Positions 27,328 to 34,668 of a DNA stretch of 34,668 nt are shown in pieces. The DNA is taken from NCBI GenBank assembly GCA_013204355.1, contig JABMOA010000039.1:1-34668 (forward strand), read 5' to 3'. The notes beneath the pieces are model-generated. The model saw nothing but the letters and a program-made list of their open reading frames with translations. It was not told the origin of the DNA and did not search any database. The stretch's first letter is position 1. The number at the start of each line of letters is the position of its first letter. Source of the DNA: Candidatus Woesearchaeota archaeon. Lineage in GTDB: Archaea; Nanobdellota; Nanobdellia; Woesearchaeales; GW2011-AR9. Both the position numbers and the translations under genes were made by a program.

Positions 27328-28508
27328 ATAAAAAAGGAATTACAGCGGGATTTATTGTAAGTATTATGATTACAATGATCGCATTTATTGTTATTTCAGG
27401 AGTATTATTAAGATTTACAAATCAAGGCGATGATTTTGAAGCGGAATTATTATGCAAACAAAGCATTGCATTACGAGTTGCGACAACAGTGAAAATAGGG
27501 AGCGAAGATAGTTGGGGAATCAAAGCAAAACTAAAATCTGTTCCCGCTTTATGTAGGACAATAGATAAAAGAACAACCGGAAACCGCGAAAAAATCAAGA
27601 AAGAAGTTGCAGATTCTATGGCACGATGTTGGGAAATGTTTGGTGAAGGGAAGTATGAAGAATTATTACATAGTTCTGATTTCTCTGTAATCCCCGCAGT
27701 CTTTGATTTTGGTGAAACAGATAATAAATGTTTTAATTGTTATACTATCAATATTGCACAAGATGATATTAAAGGTGGCCCAATTATGGCCGGAGAAATG
27801 GAGGATTATTTGACCACTCATAAATATAAAAACAAAGGTAAAACCTATTTGGATTATATTCAAACTTATGGTGGCCCAGGACGAGTTGTGTTTACTGTGC
27901 CTGCGATTTTACCTCGTGAAGGATATGCAATTTCTATGATGCCTAAGAATAGAGAAGTAGGTGACGGAGAAGCGTGGAAAGGCGTTGGTAAGATTGTTGT
28001 TGGTGTGGTTATTGTGGGTGTTGCTGTTTTAGTAACAGGAGTTGTTGTTGCATGTGTTATTGGTACTGCAGGACTTTGTGCTGCACCTGCTGTTGCCACT
28101 GCTGCCGCCGCTGAAGCTGCAACAGTTGCCACTGCAGCGGCAGCGACATCTACGGCAGTAACAGCTTCAGGAGCTTCCGCAACAGCAATTGTTACAGCTG
28201 CCGCTGAAGCATCTGCTGCTGCTGTTGCTGCCGAAACTGCTATCGCCGCTGCAACTGCGTCATCAGGTATTTTAGGATCGGGAGGAGCAGCGCTTGCTGG
28301 GGCAGGTCTTACTACCAAAGTAGCAGTAGTTGCAGGCGCAGCTAAACTAGGGACAGGTACACTTTTAACAGGTGGAGCGATGGCTTATAGTGGTGGAAAA
28401 AGTGTTTTAACCACATTTTACGGAGAACGTGATGTTAGTTCAATTTACTTAGGAAATTTACAAATTGCACAAGAAATGTGTGGTTCGGGAGATATTGCTG
28501 GTGAATAA
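27318..28508 (+). CDS. Pilin-like protein with ~140-aa Ala/Gly/Val hydrophobic tract
   Basis: MNKKG|ITAGFIVSIMITMIAF (start 27318 or 27324); Cys head LCKQS..LCRT..RCWEMFGEG..CFNC; long nearly uncharged tract. Confidence 0.9.
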   Translation: MFMNKKGITAGFIVSIMITMIAFIVISGVLLRFTNQGDDFEAELLCKQSIALRVATTVKIGSEDSWGIKAKLKSVPALCRTIDKRTTGNREKIKKEVADSMARCWEMFGEGKYEELLHSSDFSVIPAVFDFGETDNKCFNCYTINIAQDDIKGGPIMAGEMEDYLTTHKYKNKGKTYLDYIQTYGGPGRVVFTVPAILPREGYAISMMPKNREVGDGEAWKGVGKIVVGVVIVGVAVLVTGVVVACVIGTAGLCAAPAVATAAAAEAATVATAAAATSTAVTASGASATAIVTAAAEASAAAVAAETAIAAATASSGILGSGGAALAGAGLTTKVAVVAGAAKLGTGTLLTGGAMAYSGGKSVLTTFYGERDVSSIYLGNLQIAQEMCGSGDIAGE

Positions 28509-28938
28509 GAAAGGTGAAATGATGTGGAAATTAATCACGTTAGTTCTTGCTATTGTGATTTTAGTAGTTATAGTTGGTGCGTTTTTCCCAAGTCTTTTTA
28601 GTTCTGGTGATATTATAAAAACACAAATTGGAGGGATTGATGCGGATCCTGATTGTGATGATATTAAAGGAGCAGCCGATGAGTGCCCCTGCACTTCTGG
28701 CGATTATGTATCAGTTTATAGAGGATGTCCTGCTGAATTCACATTAGAACTAAAGAATGCAGATAAGCATAAATATAATACAGATACTGCTTGTGGACTT
28801 ATTAATCCTTGTGGAAAAATTAATTCAGAAGAAGAAGAAGGCGGTACTTTTACACGTACACCAGAAGAACAAGCATTACCTCATTTCAGATCCTTAGAGA
28901 TTTTGCACAAGATGATGATGCTTCTAAACAAGGAATAG
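28501..28938 (+). CDS. Pilin-like protein, N-terminal part of a frameshifted gene
   Basis: GTG start, MNKKG|EMMWKLITLVLAIVILVV; DPDCDDI..ADECPC..RGCP resembles a TSP3-like Ca-binding motif. Confidence 0.8.
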   Translation: MNKKGEMMWKLITLVLAIVILVVIVGAFFPSLFSSGDIIKTQIGGIDADPDCDDIKGAADECPCTSGDYVSVYRGCPAEFTLELKNADKHKYNTDTACGLINPCGKINSEEEEGGTFTRTPEEQALPHFRSLEILHKMMMLLNKE

Positions 28939-29366
28939 TTAGGCAAGCCTGTTTAGCATGGGTAGGAGATACACAAGCAAATTGTCCAACTGAAGGTAAT
29001 GATTGTGATGACGATGAATATGCATATCAACCATTAACCGTTAATTGTTGGATTATGGCAAGCGAGCAGGATGCCGGATTAGATCAAAATGATTGTGGTC
29101 AGAAACAATTTGCAGATGGTACAATCATTTCAGAATCCACATATTCCAATATTGATGCATCAGCAGTTCAAACATCTTATCATTCTGTAGATGGTGAAGA
29201 CGATCCTAAAATACTTTTTACCTACAAATGGAAAGCGCCACAGGAATCTGGCTCTCTTTTATGTAATAAGGGATTCTGGGTTGGTTGTGGTGGTGGAAAT
29301 GCAGCAACAATTAAAGTCAATGGCCAAGATTATGAATGTAAAAATCAAGAGTGGACTAAAAAATGA
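28902..29366 (+). pseudogene. C-terminal part of the frameshifted pilin-like gene (includes track ORF 29055-29366)
   Basis: The -1 frame is open from at least 28902 (FAQDDDASKQGIVRQACLAW...CWIMASEQD). One extra T in TTTT 28901-28904 would give a 288-aa fusion. Confidence 0.75.
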
Positions 29367-30064
29367 ACCATAAAATCAAACAAGAATCTAAAGGGGTTTT
29401 AATTTTTCCAGATCGTAAAGGAATTATGGTGAAATTTTTAGTGACCTTACTTCTTGCCATTATTATTTTTGTTCCTTCTTGCATATTCGTTAACAAAATA
29501 TTGGATGCGGGCACAAGATCTAGCGAACAAGCAAAGGATAATTTTGTTGATTTCATTAAAGAATTAAATGAATTTGCATTTGATGAAGAAAAAATTGCAG
29601 GATCTCGTTCTAGTACCCAATTAATCTTAGATAAAGAAACTGCGATAGTATATTATGAAAAAGATAAACCTAAAGTTGAAGTTGCAATAGATCCCAAAGG
29701 TACTTCTCTTGGCGTTGATATTGACATGACAATTCAAAAACCAGCCGTATGTAAGGAAGGGAAAAATTGTATTTGTTTATTACGGAAATCAGAGTTTGAA
29801 ATTTCTAGATTGTCAAGGACTATTGATGTGAAACCAAAACGGTTTCTTTGTGAAAATTTAGATTACGAACTTCAGATTGACACTTGTAATATTGGCGAAC
29901 CACATTTAGTTGAATCCTATACTTGTAAAAATGGATTCTTGATTGAACGTAAGCTTGTTGCAGGTTCTTCTAGTGATTCAGTAAATTATTTTGAAGTCCA
30001 ACGGAGATCCACGATTTTCATGTTAAAAGAAGCAAATTCTATTAGAATTACAGGGGTGTCATAA
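29363..30064 (+). CDS. Pilin-like protein, class III signal peptide
   Basis: DRKG|IMVKFLVTLLLAIIIFVP; CKEGKNCICL. Confidence 0.85.
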   Translation: MNHKIKQESKGVLIFPDRKGIMVKFLVTLLLAIIIFVPSCIFVNKILDAGTRSSEQAKDNFVDFIKELNEFAFDEEKIAGSRSSTQLILDKETAIVYYEKDKPKVEVAIDPKGTSLGVDIDMTIQKPAVCKEGKNCICLLRKSEFEISRLSRTIDVKPKRFLCENLDYELQIDTCNIGEPHLVESYTCKNGFLIERKLVAGSSSDSVNYFEVQRRSTIFMLKEANSIRITGVS

Positions 30065-30462
30065 TGTTTTCACAGAAAAAAGGGAACAGTGCGCTTATGC
30101 TCATGTTTGAAATTATTATTGTAGGGTTAGTTGTATTTATGGCGTTTAGTATTGCTGAAAAATTTGCAACATCTCAAACATCTAATAAATATAATTTAGC
30201 AAATGATTTTGGATTAATGGTCAATACGTTAGTTGCGTCTCCAGGTCATGCAATCGTAAATTATCCAGGAGATTTAACTCCGTTTAATATTGTACTAAAA
30301 CAAAATTATGTAGAAATCTGGGAAGCTGAAGGGTCAAAATCAACAATTAAAAAAATGTTTGATGTACCCATAGGATATAAATTATCTGGATTCACAGAAA
30401 AACAGAAAGATGTTTGTTTAGAAAAAACGTTGGACCGAGAAATAAAATTAAGGAAATGTTAA
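30064..30462 (+). CDS. Pilin-like protein, class III signal peptide
   Basis: MFSQKKG|NSALMLMFEIIIVGLVVFMAF. Confidence 0.87.
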   Translation: MFSQKKGNSALMLMFEIIIVGLVVFMAFSIAEKFATSQTSNKYNLANDFGLMVNTLVASPGHAIVNYPGDLTPFNIVLKQNYVEIWEAEGSKSTIKKMFDVPIGYKLSGFTEKQKDVCLEKTLDREIKLRKC

Positions 30463-30924
30463 ATGGTATTTGATGCAACAAGAAAATCATTGTACTGGAT
30501 GATGGCAGGAATCGTAATTACTATGACAATATTTGGGTTTGCAATGATTTTGTCTATGTTTCAAAATAGTCAATTAGCAACACCAGAAGAATTTGAAGCT
30601 GAAATAATTGCATTACGATTTACACAATCAGAAGATTGTTTTGCATATAAAGATCTAAAAACAGGGAGAGTGTTTCCAAGTGTCATAGACCCACTTAAAT
30701 TAAATAAAGATCAACTTCAAAGATGCTATCAAACATCTACAAGTGCAAAAGGATTAAAAGATTTTAATTTTGGGGTGGAAGTAGATGGATTTACACAAAC
30801 ACCCTTAATGACCAACAATTTCATCCTTAATAGAGTCAAATTTGAACTTCCAAAAAAGAAAGTTTTTGTAAAAAATGGAGATCAATTCATAGAAACACAA
30901 ATGAAGGTATCTATTAGCAGATGA
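30463..30924 (+). CDS. Pilin-like or N-anchored protein
   Basis: TRKS|LYWMMAGIVITMTIFGF (atypical leader); RFTQSEDCFAY. Confidence 0.82.
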   Translation: MVFDATRKSLYWMMAGIVITMTIFGFAMILSMFQNSQLATPEEFEAEIIALRFTQSEDCFAYKDLKTGRVFPSVIDPLKLNKDQLQRCYQTSTSAKGLKDFNFGVEVDGFTQTPLMTNNFILNRVKFELPKKKVFVKNGDQFIETQMKVSISR

Positions 30925-31409
30925 GATTATTCAAAGATAAAAAAGGATTCGTGGACGATATGATGGATTTTATATTCATGACGGTTTTATTAGTTCTCGG
31001 ACTGATGTTGATTGGAGGTGTTCTTTATTTTAATGTTAGTGACAATAAGGATGCTACTATGAAAAAAGTAAATTTTGTTGAAACCACACAAACTCATTTG
31101 TATTATTTAAATTCTGCAACAAAATTAAATAGCGTGCAAACAACTATAAGCGATGTTATTATTTATGCGTTTAATAAAAATGACCAGGCTTTATTTGAAG
31201 CAAAAACAAATTCGTTTTTTAACAAATATAATTTAGAAGGTGCAGTTGACGTGTACGATTCTAATGAATATAATCAAGATCGTGATTATAAACTGTCTTT
31301 TAGTAATAGATTTATTTCAAGTGGGGAAACAAAATCTGTCCTACAATTAGCTAATCCTACAAATAACAATGTTCCTTCAATTACGGTGGTGTTTAAGAAA
31401 AATGAATAA
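30921..31409 (+). CDS. Pilin-like protein, class III signal peptide
   Basis: MRLFKDKKG|FVDDMMDFIFMTVLLVLG. Confidence 0.87.
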   Translation: MRLFKDKKGFVDDMMDFIFMTVLLVLGLMLIGGVLYFNVSDNKDATMKKVNFVETTQTHLYYLNSATKLNSVQTTISDVIIYAFNKNDQALFEAKTNSFFNKYNLEGAVDVYDSNEYNQDRDYKLSFSNRFISSGETKSVLQLANPTNNNVPSITVVFKKNE

Positions 31410-32136
31410 GAAAGCAAGCGTATTTCATTGGATTCCACTTTTTTTGATTGGTGCATTTGTATTTTTTATGGTTATGTCAAATAGTGTTAATGTAAGTGTA
31501 AAAGAAAAAGGTGAATGGCAAACCTCCTTTTTACAGGATTTTGTATATCAAGGTGAGGTTGAATTACATAAATTAGATCAGAACGCACTTGTAGTTGCTC
31601 GTAAGAGCACATTACAATTAGCATCTAATGGGGGATATCACAAAGATTCTCCCTGCGGAAAAACGTTTGGATTAAATAAGTTAGGATTACAATGTTTTCC
31701 AAAAGTTGATAAAGAATTTAGTTTAGTTTTCAATGAATTGTTTGAAGGAGATACTTTTGATGTTTTTATTGAAGGGCAAGAAGTTCGTGGAAAAGGTGAA
31801 AAAATGCTTAAAGTAACTTCTCTGAATCCGAAATATGCACAATCACTTTATGAGTTACAAGGAAATTTTCATATTTCTTTAGGATATAGTTTTAATGAAT
31901 ACGATATATTAAAATCGGATTTACTTGAAATTTTACAAAAATGTAATCAAAACAGCGATTTGAATGTTTGTCTTGATCAACATAAAAAAGTAAACTGGAA
32001 ATATTCAGAGTGTGGGTCCAACCAATATAAATCTGAAGGGAGAACTGTTCCTTTTTGTGTTGAAGGAAGTAAAATATTAGATGAATTTGGAAATGCAGCA
32101 GATGTTGAATATAAATTTGCAGTAGATTTTCCTTAA
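31402..32136 (+). CDS. Pilin-like protein, class III signal peptide
   Basis: Start revised to ATG 31402: MNKKA|SVFHWIPLFLIGAFVFF; LASNGG; Cys-containing body. Confidence 0.87.
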   Translation: MNKKASVFHWIPLFLIGAFVFFMVMSNSVNVSVKEKGEWQTSFLQDFVYQGEVELHKLDQNALVVARKSTLQLASNGGYHKDSPCGKTFGLNKLGLQCFPKVDKEFSLVFNELFEGDTFDVFIEGQEVRGKGEKMLKVTSLNPKYAQSLYELQGNFHISLGYSFNEYDILKSDLLEILQKCNQNSDLNVCLDQHKKVNWKYSECGSNQYKSEGRTVPFCVEGSKILDEFGNAADVEYKFAVDFP

Positions 32137-32205
32137 GTGTTGATTCTAGTATCTAAAACCTTATAAGCGATTTATATCCTATTTTTACTAAGCGAGGTGC
32201 CAATT

Positions 32206-33198
32206 ATGTATAAAATCCCATTACCTGAATTAAAGCAAAAAATTGCTGAAAGTGGTAAAATTTCAGCAAAAGATCTTGATGTAAAAATTAAAGCTAAAAT
32301 CAATGAACTTTCTGGATTAATTAGTGAAGAGGGTGCAGCCCATATTATTGCAAATGAGCTAGGAATCCAATTAGTTCAATCAACTGATGAAAAATTAAAA
32401 ATTAAAGAAATTTATGCAGGCATGAAATCTGTGACAACTGTAGGAAAAGTTGTAAGGAAATTTGAAACGCGTGAATTTGCAAAAGGAGAAAGTACAGGAA
32501 AAGTATGTTCTCTTGTATTAGGTGATGAAACATCAACCATTAGGGTTGTATTTTGGAATGAGCAAGTTGATTTGTTAGATTCTGTTAATGAAAACGATAT
32601 CCTTATTGTAAAAAATGCATACGTTCGTGAAAATAAGGGTGGGAAAGAAGTTCACTTAGGTAATAATGGTGAAATTGAAATTAATCCCGAAGGTGTTACG
32701 ATTGAAAATGTGCGTGAAGCTATGACTACATTTACGCGAAAACCAATTGAAGAATTAAAGGGCGGCGAAGAGGGTGCAGAGATTGTTGGGACAGTTGTAC
32801 AAGTTTTTGATCCACGGTTTTTTGAAGTGTGTTCTGAATGTAATAAACGTGCACGTCAATCTGGTGAAGTTTATAATTGTGAGACACATGGCGAAGTTAA
32901 GCCAGTGTTATCTTATGTTATGAACCTGGTTTTAGATGATGGAACTGGAAATATTAGAGGAATTTTCTGGAAGAATCAAACAAATAATCTTTTGAATAAA
33001 GAAGAAACTGATATGACTATCTATAAAGATGACCCTGCCAAATTTGAAGAGGTAAAAACGTCTTTATTTGGTGAACAATATAAATTGATGGGCCGTGTAA
33101 AAATGAATGACATGTTTAACCGTTTAGAATTTAATGTTCAGATGGTTGAAAAAGCAGATGCGCAAGAAGAGATAGCACGTCTAGAAAAAGTAGAATAA
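32206..33198 (+). CDS. rpa: Replication protein A family ssDNA-binding protein (OB folds plus Zn finger)
   Basis: GLISEEGAAHIIANELG, LGDETSTIRVVFWN, CSEC..CETH, LDDGTGNIR. SD GAGGTG supports ATG 32206; CTTATAAG at 32160-32167. Confidence 0.92.
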   Translation: MYKIPLPELKQKIAESGKISAKDLDVKIKAKINELSGLISEEGAAHIIANELGIQLVQSTDEKLKIKEIYAGMKSVTTVGKVVRKFETREFAKGESTGKVCSLVLGDETSTIRVVFWNEQVDLLDSVNENDILIVKNAYVRENKGGKEVHLGNNGEIEINPEGVTIENVREAMTTFTRKPIEELKGGEEGAEIVGTVVQVFDPRFFEVCSECNKRARQSGEVYNCETHGEVKPVLSYVMNLVLDDGTGNIRGIFWKNQTNNLLNKEETDMTIYKDDPAKFEEVKTSLFGEQYKLMGRVKMNDMFNRLEFNVQMVEKADAQEEIARLEKVE

Positions 33199-33200
33199 AT

Positions 33201-33215
33201 TATTTTTTATTTTTT
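33201..33215 (+). terminator. Oligo-T archaeal-type terminator after rpa
   Basis: TATTTTTTATTTTTT immediately after the stop codon. Confidence 0.5.
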
Positions 33216-33270
33216 CCATAAAGGCAACATTTAAAAACCTTAATTTCTTTCTAATCAAAAAAGAGGTTAC

Positions 33271-34668
33271 ATGGTTAGGTCAAAACTAGATAGATTTGTA
33301 CAAGTTTTAATTCCACCCTCTTTAATTTTATTGTTGACTTTTACTATTATAGAACTGTTTTATAATTTACCAGGTTGGTTTGTTTTTACTTTAGAACTTT
33401 TTGATGCATACGTGATTATTATTTTTGCAATTGACTTATATTATCGGTGGTTTGAAACACCTAAATTTGTTCCTTATGTTAAAAAACATTGGTTAGATAT
33501 TATTGCAACGATTCCGTTCCCTTTTATTTTCTGGGGAGTAGAAGGATTAGCATTATTACAGGGGTTGAAAGGGATAAGACTATTAGCACGTGCCGCAAGA
33601 GCTTTGAAAGCGGCTCGTTTGACAAAATTATCAAGAATGATTAGATTGATAAGATTTGGAACGAGGGCTCCTCGGATTGCACGGTTAAAAGGACAAGTTA
33701 AAGAAGGTAAAATCCGGAAAGTACAACCTCACGAGAAAACAATGAAAGGTGTGCTTAGTTTCAAAGTTATTCTTTTAATTACAATTAATTCAATTATGGG
33801 GACAGGGATTTGGTTTCTTACTTCGGCTGGAGCTAAGTATGCTGGTCCAGCATCATTAATTTCTTGGGTTATTCTTGCGTTAATTGCAATTTATATTTCC
33901 ATGTGTTTTGGAGAATTAGTAAGTATGTTTCCTAAAGCAGGTGGTGTTTATGAATTTGGAAAACAAGCATATGGTCGGTTTGCATCCTTTGTCATTGGAT
34001 GGACAACGTCTATTGCAGGTTCTGTGACCATCGCAATGTTAATATTAGGTGCATTACAATATCTTCTTCCAAATAGTCCTCAATATTATATCCCTGCCGC
34101 AATTGCCTTAATTCTTGCATTTAGTTATGTTGCATTTAGGGGAATGGACACGTCCACTTATGTGTTAGTTACCTTTTCATTAATTACGTTAACAGCCGTC
34201 ATTGGTATTATTATTCCTGGATTGTTTAACTTTAACCCTTCAAATATGTCTCCCTTCTTTGTATTTCCAACAATGAGTATCGCACTTGCAATCTTTTTTA
34301 TTGCAGAAACTTTTTTTGGATGGGAATCAGCAATCTTCTTAGCTGCAGAAACAAAAAACCCCTCAAAAGTGATGCCTCGTGCATTAATAACTGGTACAAT
34401 TGTGATTGCAGTTTTAGCATTTCTTCTTGCGTTTACAGCAATGGGCACAATTCCATGGGAAAAATTTTCTGAATCTGCAGCACCTTTACGTGATTTAGGA
34501 GTTGCACATTTCGGACAATTAGGAGGGCTTATTTTTTCATTGCTCATTTTCGTTTCTGTGATTGGCGCAACGGCTGGATGGATTGTAACAGCTCCTAGAT
34601 TGTTAATGGCAATTGCAGAAGATAAATTATTTTTCACGCAATTTGCAAAAATACATCCAAAATATAAA
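33271..34668 (+). CDS. APC-family amino acid permease with N-terminal voltage-sensor-like (S1-S4) domain (3' end outside window)
   Basis: 466 uninterrupted codons from ATG 33271 (SD GAGG, TATA TTTAAAAA at 33230). Sensor motifs FAIDLYYR, WLDIIATIP and a basic residue every third position. APC motifs NSIMGTGIW, AGPASLISW, ELVSMFPKAGGVY, FGWESAIFLAAETKNP, PRLLMAIAED. Confidence 0.92.
   Translation, partial: MVRSKLDRFVQVLIPPSLILLLTFTIIELFYNLPGWFVFTLELFDAYVIIIFAIDLYYRWFETPKFVPYVKKHWLDIIATIPFPFIFWGVEGLALLQGLKGIRLLARAARALKAARLTKLSRMIRLIRFGTRAPRIARLKGQVKEGKIRKVQPHEKTMKGVLSFKVILLITINSIMGTGIWFLTSAGAKYAGPASLISWVILALIAIYISMCFGELVSMFPKAGGVYEFGKQAYGRFASFVIGWTTSIAGSVTIAMLILGALQYLLPNSPQYYIPAAIALILAFSYVAFRGMDTSTYVLVTFSLITLTAVIGIIIPGLFNFNPSNMSPFFVFPTMSIALAIFFIAETFFGWESAIFLAAETKNPSKVMPRALITGTIVIAVLAFLLAFTAMGTIPWEKFSESAAPLRDLGVAHFGQLGGLIFSLLIFVSVIGATAGWIVTAPRLLMAIAEDKLFFTQFAKIHPKYK

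Noticed and set aside
27866-28318. 150-aa Ala-rich minus-strand ORF
   Set aside because: Mirror of GCN codons in the plus-strand Ala tract; no independent signals.
20595-32136. Archaellum (fla/arl) operon
   Set aside because: No recognisable archaellin N-terminal consensus and no FlaH/I/J in the window.
33271-33740. Stand-alone potassium channel gene
   Set aside because: No S5-pore-S6 or GYG filter, and no stop codon before the permease.
34158-34637. 159-aa minus-strand ORF
   Set aside because: Antisense shadow of the APC permease.

Overview
AT-rich archaeal window, most likely from a DPANN genome (Woesearchaeota-like). This is inferred from the archaeal TBP, Rpp30 and RPA genes, TATA-box promoters, tight gene packing and many class III signal peptides. 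Left arm: partial tbp; a ThiI-like THUMP protein whose PP-loop is lost; a SAMP/ThiS - TtuA/NcsA - ThiF/UbaA sulfur-relay operon behind a strongly base-paired leader; a Bro-N gene with a Cys/His partner; Rpp30. Middle (~5.7-32.1 kb): a cell-surface locus with very large Cys-rich exported proteins, about 15 genes with canonical prepilin-type (class III) signal peptides (two are tiny, and one of these is absent from the ORF track), an antisense Cys-rich lipoprotein, and two apparent lesions (one in-frame TAA, one -1 frameshift). Two of these proteins carry long Gly/Ala hydrophobic inserts. Right arm: RPA and a partial gene, absent from the ORF track, that fuses a complete S1-S4 voltage-sensor-like domain directly to an APC amino acid permease. 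That fusion is the most unusual single item. All assignments are by eye; no searches were run.
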